From NCBI GenBank assembly GCA_041690135.1, contig JAWLHY010000007.1:179740-211739 (forward strand): 32,000 nt of DNA, read 5' to 3'. The DNA is from Armatimonadota bacterium. GTDB taxonomy: Bacteria; Armatimonadota; SYMT01. This document shows positions 15,559 through 24,053 of the stretch, in pieces (positions within the stretch are counted from its first letter, which is position 1; every line of letters starts with the position of its first letter). The position numbers and the translations under genes were made by a program. The notes below the pieces were generated by a model. The model was not told the DNA's origin. It was given only the letters and a program-made list of their open reading frames with translations, and did not search any database.

Positions 15559-16353
15559 ATGAGCGAAGGAAAGCTTGCGGAACGGGTGGCCCTGATCACC
15601 GGCGGTGCGTCCGGAATCGGTCGGGCCGCGGCGCTTGTGCTGGCCGGTGAAGGCGCGACGGTGGCGATTGCCGACCGCGACCTGACGGGTGCGGAGACCG
15701 TGGCTGCCGAGATCCGTGCTCGGGCAGGCCAGGCTATGGCGTATGTGCTCGACGTTTCCCAGGAGCCGAGTTGGGTTACGTTTATGGAGCGCCTCCTCGC
15801 GGACCACGAGCGGCTCGACGTAGCGGTCAACAGCGCTGGCATCTCCCACCAGCGTCCGATCACCGAACTCACGGTGGAAGAGTGGGAACAGGTGATGTCC
15901 GTAAACCTCCGCGGCGTGATGCTGGGAACGAAGTTCGCGATGCGGGCGATGCTGCCGCGCGGAGAGGGCAGCATCATCAACGTTTCCTCCTCGGCGGGGG
16001 TGAAGGCGATCCCGGGCGCCGCCGCCTACTCGGTCAGCAAAGCGGGAGTGTGCATGCTGACGCGGGTCGCCGCCCTGGAGTGTGCCCAGAGCGGGACCCG
16101 GATTCGTGTCAATTCCATCCTCCCCGGTGGGGTAAAGACTCCCCTCTGGCGGCAGCTTGACTCGTGGGACACCATGGTGAAGCGACTGGGCAGCGAGGAT
16201 GCAGTCTTCACCGCGTTTGCACGGAGCGTGCCCCTGAAACGATACGCCGAAGCCGAGGAAGTCGCACGCGCGATTCTCTACCTGGCTTCGGATGACTCCG
16301 CCTTTGCCACCGGCACGGAACTGGTGCTCGACGGCGGCTACGCAGCGTCGTAG
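15559..16353 (+). CDS. Classical short-chain dehydrogenase/reductase (SDR)
   Basis: TGGASGIGRA (the TGxxxGxG motif), NSAG, and the catalytic S...YSVSK. I chose the ATG at 15559 because GGAGAG lies upstream. Confidence 0.9.
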   Translation: MSEGKLAERVALITGGASGIGRAAALVLAGEGATVAIADRDLTGAETVAAEIRARAGQAMAYVLDVSQEPSWVTFMERLLADHERLDVAVNSAGISHQRPITELTVEEWEQVMSVNLRGVMLGTKFAMRAMLPRGEGSIINVSSSAGVKAIPGAAAYSVSKAGVCMLTRVAALECAQSGTRIRVNSILPGGVKTPLWRQLDSWDTMVKRLGSEDAVFTAFARSVPLKRYAEAEEVARAILYLASDDSAFATGTELVLDGGYAAS

Positions 16354-16532
16354 TCAGCGGCCTCTTTTCAGAGTCCACGCGATCAGCGAACTCCATCGAA
16401 CTCGTTTCCGATGGTTGCCCCCTATGCATATAGCCGCCCAGTCCTGGGGTGGATAACATGGCTGGCAGGGGCTAACTGTACGAGGGCCGATTTGCCCCCT
16501 CGGCTCAGGAAACTCCCAGAGGAGAAGACCCG

Positions 16533-17504
16533 ATGGAACAGCACATCGAACGGATCGAGGCGTTAGAAAGACAATTGGCCGAGTTGAGCCGACGGAAGAC
16601 ATCCGCGGCATCGCGGTCGGGCTGGCGGATGCTCACGCTCACCCTGGCGGCGCTCGGGTTGACCACGGCCCTGCTCCGTCCTGGTACGGCACAGGGCAAT
16701 GGAAATGGGCTGCCGGCGCGGGTGGCGGCTCTCGAAACCCAGGTGGCCGCACTCCAGCAAGAGTTGGCGTCCGAAAAGGCGGCGCGAATAGCAGCCGTGG
16801 CGGCCCTACAGACGGCGGCCGATGCGGAGACGGCGGCGAGGCAGGCGGCGGACACCACCCTTCAGAATGCCCTATCTGCGGAGACGAATGCTCGCCAGGC
16901 GTCGGACACCGCATTGCAGAACGGGTTGACGGGCGAAGTGGCGGTCCGGAGTTCGGCCGACACGGCTCTTCAGAACCAGATCAGCCCGCTCGCCTTCATT
17001 CTTCAGCCGTTCTCCCGGACCGGTGATGATGTATATATCTCCGGGGCGAACCTCAATATCACCAACGGTCTGGGAAGTACCGAGACGACCAACGGTCTGG
17101 GGAACCTGATCGTTGGCTACAACGAGGTAGGCAGCCTCAATCAGCGGGGTGGATCGCACAACCTGGTGGTGGGGCGTGGCCACCGATACACCAGCTACGG
17201 CGGGATGGTCGTCGGCCTCAACAATTCAATCCTGAATGATTACGCGGTAGTGTCCGGCGGGCAGGGGAATTCCGCCACGGGCCGAAAATCCGCGGTCAGC
17301 GGCGGAGCCCTGAACCATGCCGCGGGCATCAATGCCAGTGTGAGCGGCGGTTTTGGCAACTCGGCCTCCGGGGTGGAGTCTTCGGTGTCCGGTGGACTTT
17401 CCAACGTGGCCGCCGGGCATGCCTCCAGCGTCAGTGGTGGTCGACAGCGGACGGCCCTGTTCCAGTACGATTGGGTTGCCGGTGGCCTGGCGCAGCCCGA
17501 GTAG
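16533..17504 (+). CDS. N-terminally membrane-anchored coiled-coil protein with YadA-head/Hep_Hag-like 14-residue repeats
   Basis: The N-terminal coil (IERIEALERQLAEL) is followed by a TM segment (MLTLTLAALGLTTALL). Next come three ~17-aa repeats (ADTTLQNALSAETNARQ / SDTALQNGLTGEVAVRS / ADTALQNQIS). The C-terminus has 14-aa repeats, xSxVSGGxxNxAxG, six times. GAGGAG lies upstream. Confidence 0.7.
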   Translation: MEQHIERIEALERQLAELSRRKTSAASRSGWRMLTLTLAALGLTTALLRPGTAQGNGNGLPARVAALETQVAALQQELASEKAARIAAVAALQTAADAETAARQAADTTLQNALSAETNARQASDTALQNGLTGEVAVRSSADTALQNQISPLAFILQPFSRTGDDVYISGANLNITNGLGSTETTNGLGNLIVGYNEVGSLNQRGGSHNLVVGRGHRYTSYGGMVVGLNNSILNDYAVVSGGQGNSATGRKSAVSGGALNHAAGINASVSGGFGNSASGVESSVSGGLSNVAAGHASSVSGGRQRTALFQYDWVAGGLAQPE

Positions 17505-17539
17505 GTCCGCAATCCTCTTCAACGACGAGAGTCCCCGAA

Positions 17540-17573
17540 CCCCAGGAACAGGGTTTAGCGCATGTTCCTGGGG
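17540..17573. terminator. 11-bp hairpin between convergent genes (possible bidirectional terminator)
   Basis: CCCCAGGAACA (17540-17550), a 12-nt loop, TGTTCCTGGGG (17563-17573). It lies between the stops at 17504 (+) and 17590 (-). Confidence 0.45.
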
Positions 17574-17589
17574 TGGCACCGTTACTCCC

Positions 17590-18045
17590 TCAAGGAACCA
17601 GCAGTTCGATCCCGAATTCCCGGCAAACTTCCGCGCCGGTCTCGGGATTGAACCGTCCCTCTCGCACGAGTTGGTCGGCCGCCAGGAAGAAATGTTCGTG
17701 CCCGGCCGGAGTAGCCGTCCCCAGGAAACGCACCGGCTCGGCTCCCGGGTTGCAGAACGCGTGCGGCACGCCGTGGGGGAGGAAGATGCTGTTTCCCGGC
17801 CCGATCCGCTTACGTTCGTTCCCCAGCAGCACTTCGAGTTCGCCTTCCAACACGTAGAACGTCTCATCGTCGTGCTGGTGGACATGCGGCGGAGCACCGG
17901 TTCCGGGGGCCGCCGTCACTTCGTACACGGAATGAGATCCGCCCGTATCCTCTCCGGTGAGCAGGATATCCACGCGCACGCCGAAGACCAGAGCGGTCTT
18001 CCCCTGTCCGGCGCTGGCAATTCGGGGCTGCAGTTGATCGGCCAT
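17590..18045 (-). CDS. Cupin-domain protein
   Basis: GAPPHVHQHDDETFYVLEGELEV...GPGNSIFLPHGVPHAF is the two-motif cupin signature. GGAGGAGG lies upstream of the ATG. Confidence 0.8.
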   Translation of the reverse strand: MADQLQPRIASAGQGKTALVFGVRVDILLTGEDTGGSHSVYEVTAAPGTGAPPHVHQHDDETFYVLEGELEVLLGNERKRIGPGNSIFLPHGVPHAFCNPGAEPVRFLGTATPAGHEHFFLAADQLVREGRFNPETGAEVCREFGIELLVP

Positions 18046-18101
18046 CGTTTCCTCCTCCAGTGGTGTTCGTTGCTCGCCGCGAGACGGGCACTTGGTAAGT
18101 C

Positions 18102-18124
18102 TTCCTGTCCATTATAGACAGGAA
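18102..18124. promoter_or_regulatory. Putative MarR operator palindrome in the cupin/marR divergent intergenic region
   Basis: TTCCTGTC-CATTATA-GACAGGAA has 8-bp perfect arms and an AT-rich 7-nt spacer. A second palindrome, CTTTCC-TTAT-GGAAAG (18143-18158), overlaps the marR ATG. Confidence 0.4.
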
Positions 18125-18150
18125 CACTGACTATATGCCACACTTTCCTT

Positions 18151-18633
18151 ATGGAAAGATGCGATGACCGAACGGGCCGTACTCTTACGGAACAAGAGCG
18201 AACTCTGGGTGCGCTCCTACGTGGGCCATACCAGGTCCTGGCTACCCGCGTGTATGGAGAGTTGAGCCGGAGGGGATATGCCGACGTGCGCCCGGCGCAT
18301 GGAGCCGTTTTCCGGCATATCTTGCCGGAAGGGTCCCGGATCACCGAGCTGGCCGACCGGGCGCAGTTAACCAAGCAGAGCATGGGCGCCCTGGTGGACT
18401 ACTTGCGGGACCATGGGTACGTGGAGCTCCATCCCGATCCCCTCGACGGCCGGGCGAAGCGGGTGTGCCTTACGGAGCGCGGACGGGCACTCCAGCACAC
18501 GGCGCTGGAGATCAGTCGGGAAGTGGAGCAGGAGTTGGGCTCGCAGTTGGGCCTGCGCCGGATGCAGCGTCTGCGCGAAGTCCTGGAAGAACTTAACGAC
18601 CTGCTCGAGAATCAGCGCGTGGTGCCGGGTTAA
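18151..18633 (+). CDS. MarR-family transcriptional regulator
   Basis: The wHTH core RITELADRAQLTKQSMGALVDYLRDHGYVELHPDPLDGRAKRVCLTERG is typical of MarR. Confidence 0.85.
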   Translation: MERCDDRTGRTLTEQERTLGALLRGPYQVLATRVYGELSRRGYADVRPAHGAVFRHILPEGSRITELADRAQLTKQSMGALVDYLRDHGYVELHPDPLDGRAKRVCLTERGRALQHTALEISREVEQELGSQLGLRRMQRLREVLEELNDLLENQRVVPG

Positions 18634-20047
18634 TTGCCGCCGGCACCGGTCCGGGCCGGGGAACCTGAGCGCCGACGGTGGAACGCCACTCCTGAAGTCG
18701 CCGGTGGAGTTCGCGCACCTTCCCGCGCCGCTGCCGGCTGAGGTCCTGCTTCTCGCCGGGGTCCTTCTTCAGGTTGTAAAGCTCCAGGCGCCCGTCTTCA
18801 AAGTATTCGACCAATTTGAAATCTCCATCCCGGATGGCGCCCGCCGGGGTGGTCCGCCAGGGACCGGGAACCTTCGGTCCAGCCTCCAGGTAGTGGGGGA
18901 AGTGCCAGAAGAGGGACCGGTCTCCCGGTGTTCCACGACCTGTGAGCAATGGAACCAGGCTGCGACCATCCAGCAGGTGGGGGCGGTAGTCCTCGATCCC
19001 GGCTATGTCCAGGAGGGTCGGGAAGTGATCCACGGTAATGACCGGGATTTCGGAATGCCGGCCGGGACGTACCTTCCCGGGCCAGCGCACGATGAGCGGG
19101 ACCCGGATGCCGCCTTCGTATAGCATCCCTTTGTAGCCCCGCAGGGGGTGGTTCGACGTGGCGCCGGACCAGCCGCCGTTGTCCGAGGTGAAGATTACCA
19201 GCGTATTGTCGCGGAGGTTCAAACGATCCAGGGTGGCGAGGACCCGCCCCACGCTTTCGTCCAGGCTGTGGACCATGGCGGCGTAGCGCGGATTGCTATG
19301 GTGCTCGGTCCGGGGGCGCGACTCGTAGCGGGTGATGAGATCGGCTTTGGCCTGGATCGGTGAGTGCACGGCGAAGTGAGTGAGATAGAGGAAGAAGGGT
19401 CGGTCGCGGTTCGCCTCGATGAAACGGGCCGATTCTTCGGTCAGCCGGTCCGTGATGTGCTCTCCCGCTGGAGATGCCTCGATACCCGGTAGTTTTGCCC
19501 TGTAAGGAGCGAAGTAGCCGGGAGGGCTGCCGCGGTGGTCGCCGGCTACGTTCAGGTCGAAGCCCTGGGTCTCGGGCGCGGTCTCTGCCGCCCCGAGGTG
19601 CCACTTCCCGATGCTGGCTGTGGTGTAACCGCCCGTCTTGAGCGCTTCGGCGAGGGTCCACTCCTGCCGCCGCAGTTCTGTGCGGCTGGGAATCTCGATC
19701 AGTTTGCGTGCTTTCGGTCGGCCGCGGGGGGTGTCGCCGACCTGGGTGATGCCGTGGCGTGGGGTGTAGTGTCCCGTCATCAGGCTGGCGCGGGTGGGCG
19801 CGCAGTTGGGACCGTTGGCATAGGCATGGGTGAAGATCATCCCCTCCTGCGCGAGGCGGTCGATGTTCGGAGTTTGGTAGTAACCCGATCCGTAACAGGC
19901 GAGGTCGGTCCAGCCGAGGTCATCCGCCAGGATGAAGACGATGTTCGGCGGCCGCTGGGATTTCTGGTCCCCCTGGGCGACCCCGCAGAGTGCCGGCAGC
20001 AGCGCCAGCAGAACCAACGAGCTCAAACGAAAGACGCGACCCACCAT
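18593..20047 (-). CDS. Secreted type-I sulfatase (formylglycine-dependent arylsulfatase family)
   Basis: PNIVFILADDLGWTDL and the CAPTRASLMTG (C-x-P-x-R) formylglycine motif, plus a signal peptide (LSSLVLLALLPALCGVAQG). I chose the ATG at 20047. The 3' end overlaps the marR 3' end by 41 nt. Confidence 0.9.
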   Translation of the reverse strand: MVGRVFRLSSLVLLALLPALCGVAQGDQKSQRPPNIVFILADDLGWTDLACYGSGYYQTPNIDRLAQEGMIFTHAYANGPNCAPTRASLMTGHYTPRHGITQVGDTPRGRPKARKLIEIPSRTELRRQEWTLAEALKTGGYTTASIGKWHLGAAETAPETQGFDLNVAGDHRGSPPGYFAPYRAKLPGIEASPAGEHITDRLTEESARFIEANRDRPFFLYLTHFAVHSPIQAKADLITRYESRPRTEHHSNPRYAAMVHSLDESVGRVLATLDRLNLRDNTLVIFTSDNGGWSGATSNHPLRGYKGMLYEGGIRVPLIVRWPGKVRPGRHSEIPVITVDHFPTLLDIAGIEDYRPHLLDGRSLVPLLTGRGTPGDRSLFWHFPHYLEAGPKVPGPWRTTPAGAIRDGDFKLVEYFEDGRLELYNLKKDPGEKQDLSRQRRGKVRELHRRLQEWRSTVGAQVPRPGPVPAAINPAPRADSRAGR

Positions 20048-20233
20048 TTCCCCGCCTTCAGCGCCAGAACGCAACAAATGAGATCCAACCCGGGTTGACG
20101 CGGTTCCGGGGCCGGAGGTTCACTCCGCAACAGCACACCAGGCGGATATTGGGAGCGACAGTCGGCCGGCTTCCGGAAGAGTTAAGCCCTGGGAGAACAT
20201 TCGGGATCCGCGCCATGATAGCCTGTACCCGAA

Positions 20234-20992
20234 ATGAAGAACTACGTGCTCGATATGGATGGCGTGATCTACCGGGGCAACCAGCTCGTCCCCGGCGCGA
20301 AGGAGTTCGTCGAGCGCCTCCAGGCCGGCGGTCACCGGTTCCTGTTCATGACGAACAACTCGCAGCGCACCCCCCTCGACTTCCAGCGCAAGCTGGAGCG
20401 GATGGGCCTCAACGTGCCCGAGGAGCACTACTTCACCTCGGCCATGGCCACCGCGGCTTTTCTCCAGTCGCAGAGGCCGGGCGGCACCGCCTTCGTGATC
20501 GGCGAGGCCGGGCTGACCCACGCCCTCTACCAGGTGGGATACAGCCTCACGGACGTCGATCCCGACTACGTCGTCCTGGGTGACACTCCCTCTTACGACT
20601 ACGGGAAAATGGTCCACGCGGTGAAGTTGATTCTCGAGGGAGCCCGCTTCATTGCCACCAACCCGGATGTATCGGGCCCGGTGGAGGAGGGCATCCATCC
20701 AGCGTGTGGCGCGCTGGCGGCCCCCATCGAGCGCGTGACCGGCACCCAGGCCTATTATGTAGGGAAACCCAACCCGCTGATGATGCGCGAAGCCCTCCGC
20801 CGTCTCGACGCCCATTCGGAAGATTCGATCATGATCGGCGACCGGATGGATACGGACATCCTCTCCGGGATCGGCGCCGGGATGCACACGGTCCTCGTGC
20901 TCACCGGGGTCACCACGCGCGATGAACTCCGGAGTTTCTCCTATCAGCCCCACCGGGTAGTGGAGACGTTGCACGATCTGGAGTTGGAGTAG
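20234..20992 (+). CDS. HAD-IIA subfamily phosphatase (NagD-like)
   Basis: The four HAD motifs are present: LDMDGVIY, FMTNNS, YVGKP and MIGDRMDTDI. Confidence 0.85.
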   Translation: MKNYVLDMDGVIYRGNQLVPGAKEFVERLQAGGHRFLFMTNNSQRTPLDFQRKLERMGLNVPEEHYFTSAMATAAFLQSQRPGGTAFVIGEAGLTHALYQVGYSLTDVDPDYVVLGDTPSYDYGKMVHAVKLILEGARFIATNPDVSGPVEEGIHPACGALAAPIERVTGTQAYYVGKPNPLMMREALRRLDAHSEDSIMIGDRMDTDILSGIGAGMHTVLVLTGVTTRDELRSFSYQPHRVVETLHDLELE

Positions 20993-20994
20993 CC

Positions 20995-21345
20995 GTGGAG
21001 CGCTGGAAACAAGTGATCGTGGTGGACGCTTCCCTGGGATTGCCGCCGGGCAAACTGGCCGCGCAGGTGGCGCACGCCGCCGTGGCGGCCTTTCTCCACG
21101 CCGGCCCGGAAGCCCAACGATCCTGGTTGGACCAGGGCATGCCCAAGATCGTGCTGGCTGCCGGCAGCGCCGGGGAACTGCAGACGCTGGCGCAAAAGGC
21201 GCAAGAGGCATCTCTCCCCGCTTACCTGATTGCCGACGCGGGTCGGACGGTTCTCGATCCGGGGACCGTTACCTGTCTCGGCATCGGTCCTGCTCGCGCC
21301 GAGGAGATCGATCGAATCACGGGTACCTTACGCCTGTTGCAGTGA
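20995..21345 (+). CDS. Pth2-type (archaeal/eukaryotic-type) peptidyl-tRNA hydrolase
   Basis: VIVVDASLGLPPGKLAAQVAHAAV...PKIVLAAGS...IADAGRTVLDPGTVTCLGIGPARAEEIDRITGTLRLL parallels the PTRH2 core (..GKGK.AAQCSHAA..KVV.K...DAGRTQI.PGS.TVLGIGP....ID.VTG.LKL). The GTG lies 2 nt after the HAD stop. Confidence 0.8.
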   Translation: MERWKQVIVVDASLGLPPGKLAAQVAHAAVAAFLHAGPEAQRSWLDQGMPKIVLAAGSAGELQTLAQKAQEASLPAYLIADAGRTVLDPGTVTCLGIGPARAEEIDRITGTLRLLQ

Positions 21346-21350
21346 GAGTT

Positions 21351-22217
21351 TCAGCCTGCGGCCAGGGAGCTGGCCCAGTCGAAAACGGTCTCGATCTGTT
21401 GCCTCTCGGCCTTCTCCTCGATGCGATGGAAGTGCTCGGAGTTATTGGCGAGGTACTCGGCCACGGCTGCCGGTTCGGTCAACAAGTCGAGGACCGTAGT
21501 GTTCTCCGGTAGGGAGCGAAAGCCCCCGGCATAGGTGGTGGGGAACACCCATCCGCTGCCGCGGCGCATGTAAAAGAGTGGGACCAGCAGCCGGCAGAAT
21601 TGAACCCGTGCGTGAGGCTGAAAGGCATCGCGCCAGCCGATCAGGTAGGGCGCGACGCCGGGCGCGAAGGCGGAAAGAAAGCCCACTACTTCGAGAAGGC
21701 TGTCGGAAGTATAGACCGGGGGCTCCTCGCCAGGTGAGGCATGCACCCCGGCAAACAGTTGCAGGGCCGTTCCGAAGAAGTGGAACAGGGCCTGGCGCTC
21801 CTCCGCCTTCATTGGCGGTCCGAAGAGTTGTCTCCCGATCGGCTTTACGAAGACAGAATAGTCGGGGTGAGCGGCCTCTAGGATCACGTAGAACAGCTTG
21901 CTCGCTTCAATCCGGCCGCTCAGATAACACTCGGCGATCCGCGGCATGAAGTAGGCGAGATCGGGCCACGTCCCCCATACCGCAAAGGCGTGCATCAGGA
22001 TCAGATCCAGGTCGGCGCATGCAAGCTTCCGGTAGGGAGTTTGGAGAATCGCCTCCATGCGGTCCGGAGTGATGCAGCAGTGGCAGAACCGGACGTTGAT
22101 GGGATGCGGGCGGGCGAAGACAGGGTAGAGCTCTTGAAGGGCCTCGCTGACGCTCTCGGACAGCGAGCGTAGGAGTTCCGGGTCCGGTTCGGGCCAGATC
22201 TGGCTTCGCGTGCGCAT
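21351..22217 (-). CDS. Hypothetical protein (288 aa, no recognised family)
   Basis: Intact ORF with protein-like composition and a CHCC motif. A TATAAT box lies 6 nt upstream of its ATG. Confidence 0.55.
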   Translation of the reverse strand: MRTRSQIWPEPDPELLRSLSESVSEALQELYPVFARPHPINVRFCHCCITPDRMEAILQTPYRKLACADLDLILMHAFAVWGTWPDLAYFMPRIAECYLSGRIEASKLFYVILEAAHPDYSVFVKPIGRQLFGPPMKAEERQALFHFFGTALQLFAGVHASPGEEPPVYTSDSLLEVVGFLSAFAPGVAPYLIGWRDAFQPHARVQFCRLLVPLFYMRRGSGWVFPTTYAGGFRSLPENTTVLDLLTEPAAVAEYLANNSEHFHRIEEKAERQQIETVFDWASSLAAG

Positions 22218-22223
22218 GACAGG

Positions 22224-22231
22224 ATTATAAT
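22224..22231. promoter_or_regulatory. Palindromic -10 element ATTATAAT readable as TATAAT on both strands
   Basis: It sits in the 28-34 bp gap between divergent genes. On the minus strand, TATAAT ends 6 nt before the ATG at 22217. On the plus strand, TATAAT ends 14-20 nt before the TTG 22246 / ATG 22252. The -35 matches are weak. Confidence 0.3.
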
Positions 22232-22251
22232 GGATCGGTAACCGCTTGAGT

Positions 22252-23202
22252 ATGGAAGCTTACAGGCCAATGCACCCTTTGCACCTGAACACGCCACTCC
22301 TCCATTCCGCCACGCTCAGCCGTGATTTTGGCGCCGAAGTGTGGCTGAAGATGGATGCGCTCCAGCCGGTGGGATCTTTCAAGATCCGCGGCATGGGCGC
22401 GCTCTGCCAGGCCGCGCATGCGGAAGGCGCGCTGCGGTTCGTGTGCGCATCCGGCGGCAACGCCGGGTACGCGGTGGCCTACGCGGGTCGTCGCCTGGGA
22501 GTGCCGGTGACCATCGCCACGCCCACGCGTACCTCCGAATACATGCGGGACCTGCTGCGCCAGGAAGGGGCGGAGGTGGAAGTGCATGGCGATACCTGGG
22601 ACGAGACACACCAGTACGCGTTATCTCTCGCCGAAGCGCAGAGAGCGGCCTACATCCACCCGTTCGACGACCCGCGGATCTGGGAAGGGCATGCCACCCT
22701 GATGCACGAAGTGGCGGAGGCGGGGCTCCGTCCCGATGCGGTAGTGACGTCGGTCGGTGGGGGTGGGTTGCTGTGTGGGATCATCCGCGGCCTTCAGCAG
22801 TTGGAATGGAATGACGTGCCGGTCGTGGCGGTGGAGACGGAGGGGGCCGCGTCGTTCGCGGAGGCCGTCCGGGCTGGCCGGCTCGTCACGCTGGAGCGTA
22901 TCCAAACGATAGCCACGACCCTGGCGGCGCGGACGGTGGCCGAGGCGGCGCTCCAGATGGCCAAGGAGCATCCCGTCGTTCCGTGGCTGGTGAGTGACCG
23001 GCAGACGGTAACGGCTTGCGCACGCTTCCTGGACGATCACCGGGTCCTGGTGGAGCCGGCCTGCGGGGCCTCCCTGGCCGCGGTGTACGACCGGGCCGAA
23101 CCCCTGGCCGATAAACAGCGGGTGCTGGTGGTCGTCTGCGGCGGCGCGGGCGTGAACCGGGAACTCCTGGACCGTTGGATGGCGGAAACCGGCGCCAGGT
23201 AA
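22252..23202 (+). CDS. PLP-dependent L-serine/L-threonine dehydratase (fold-type II, SDS-like)
   Basis: NTPLL...VWLKMDALQPVGSFKIRGMG carries the PLP lysine in SFKIRG, and there are SGGNAG and VGGGGL loops. An alternative TTG start is at 22246. Confidence 0.85.
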   Translation: MEAYRPMHPLHLNTPLLHSATLSRDFGAEVWLKMDALQPVGSFKIRGMGALCQAAHAEGALRFVCASGGNAGYAVAYAGRRLGVPVTIATPTRTSEYMRDLLRQEGAEVEVHGDTWDETHQYALSLAEAQRAAYIHPFDDPRIWEGHATLMHEVAEAGLRPDAVVTSVGGGGLLCGIIRGLQQLEWNDVPVVAVETEGAASFAEAVRAGRLVTLERIQTIATTLAARTVAEAALQMAKEHPVVPWLVSDRQTVTACARFLDDHRVLVEPACGASLAAVYDRAEPLADKQRVLVVVCGGAGVNRELLDRWMAETGAR

Positions 23203-23325
23203 ACGCGGGCCTCTTGGTTGCATCCACCCCACCCGGGTATCATTTCCCTAGGATGTTGGCGGACGTGGTACTCGAACGTCCGGTTAAGATCTCGGTTCAG
23301 GTCGCAGCATCAAAGGTGGTTCAGA

Positions 23326-23997
23326 ATGAGGATGTTGTCTCCGCCGCCACCGCGAGAGGAAGTCGTCTATCCGGAAAGTGACGGTAAGCCGATCGCGGAC
23401 AATACGCTCCAATTCGAATGGATCAGCACCATCAAAGGGGGGCTTGACGCGCTGTTCCGCGACCGCTCCGACGTCTTCGTGGCGGGGGACCTGTTGTGGT
23501 ATCCGGTGGAGGGTGATCCGCGAATTCGCGCGGCTCCCGACGTCATGGTCGTTTTCGGTCGTCCGAAGGGCCATCGCGGCTCGTATATCCAGCATGTGGA
23601 AGAGGGAATCGCTCCCCAAGTAGTGTTCGAGGTGCTGTCACCTGGTAACCGGGCGAGCGAGCTAGTCGACAAGTCATTCTTCTACCAGCGCTACGGCGTG
23701 GAAGAATACTATATTTACGACCCGGATCACGGAACGCTTTCCGGCCTGAAACGTGAGGACGGAGAACTGAATGTAATCCCGAACATGGAGGGCTGGATCA
23801 GTCCCCGACTGGGAGTCCGCTTCGGACTTGCCAGGGGGGATCTGCAGCTCACCTGTCCCGACGGCACTCCATTCGCAACTTATGTCGAACTCGCGCGACA
23901 ACGGGATGCCGAGCACACGCGCGCTGAGCAGGAGCGGGCACGGGCAGAGCGCCTTGCAGCCCGTTTGAGAGAATTAGGGATCGATCCGGAGGAGTAG
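23326..23997 (+). CDS. Uma2-family (DUF820) PD-(D/E)xK-like endonuclease
   Basis: YPESDGKPIADNTLQFEW...FVAGDLLWYP...APDVMVVFG...PQVVFEVLSPGN...YQRYGVEEYYIYDP is characteristic of Uma2. The ATG at 23326 has AAAGGTGG upstream. Confidence 0.8.
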   Translation: MRMLSPPPPREEVVYPESDGKPIADNTLQFEWISTIKGGLDALFRDRSDVFVAGDLLWYPVEGDPRIRAAPDVMVVFGRPKGHRGSYIQHVEEGIAPQVVFEVLSPGNRASELVDKSFFYQRYGVEEYYIYDPDHGTLSGLKREDGELNVIPNMEGWISPRLGVRFGLARGDLQLTCPDGTPFATYVELARQRDAEHTRAEQERARAERLAARLRELGIDPEE

Positions 23998-24053
23998 ACC
24001 TCTCCCCCTTTTCTAGCGCGGCCGACGGAATTGCACATAGGGCGTAGGGCTGG

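Noticed and set aside
23326-23997. The Uma2 endonuclease, considered as a marker of a mobile element or a restriction-modification system.
   Set aside because: There is no adjacent methyltransferase, transposase, integrase, terminal repeats or tRNA target. Uma2 genes are commonly stand-alone.
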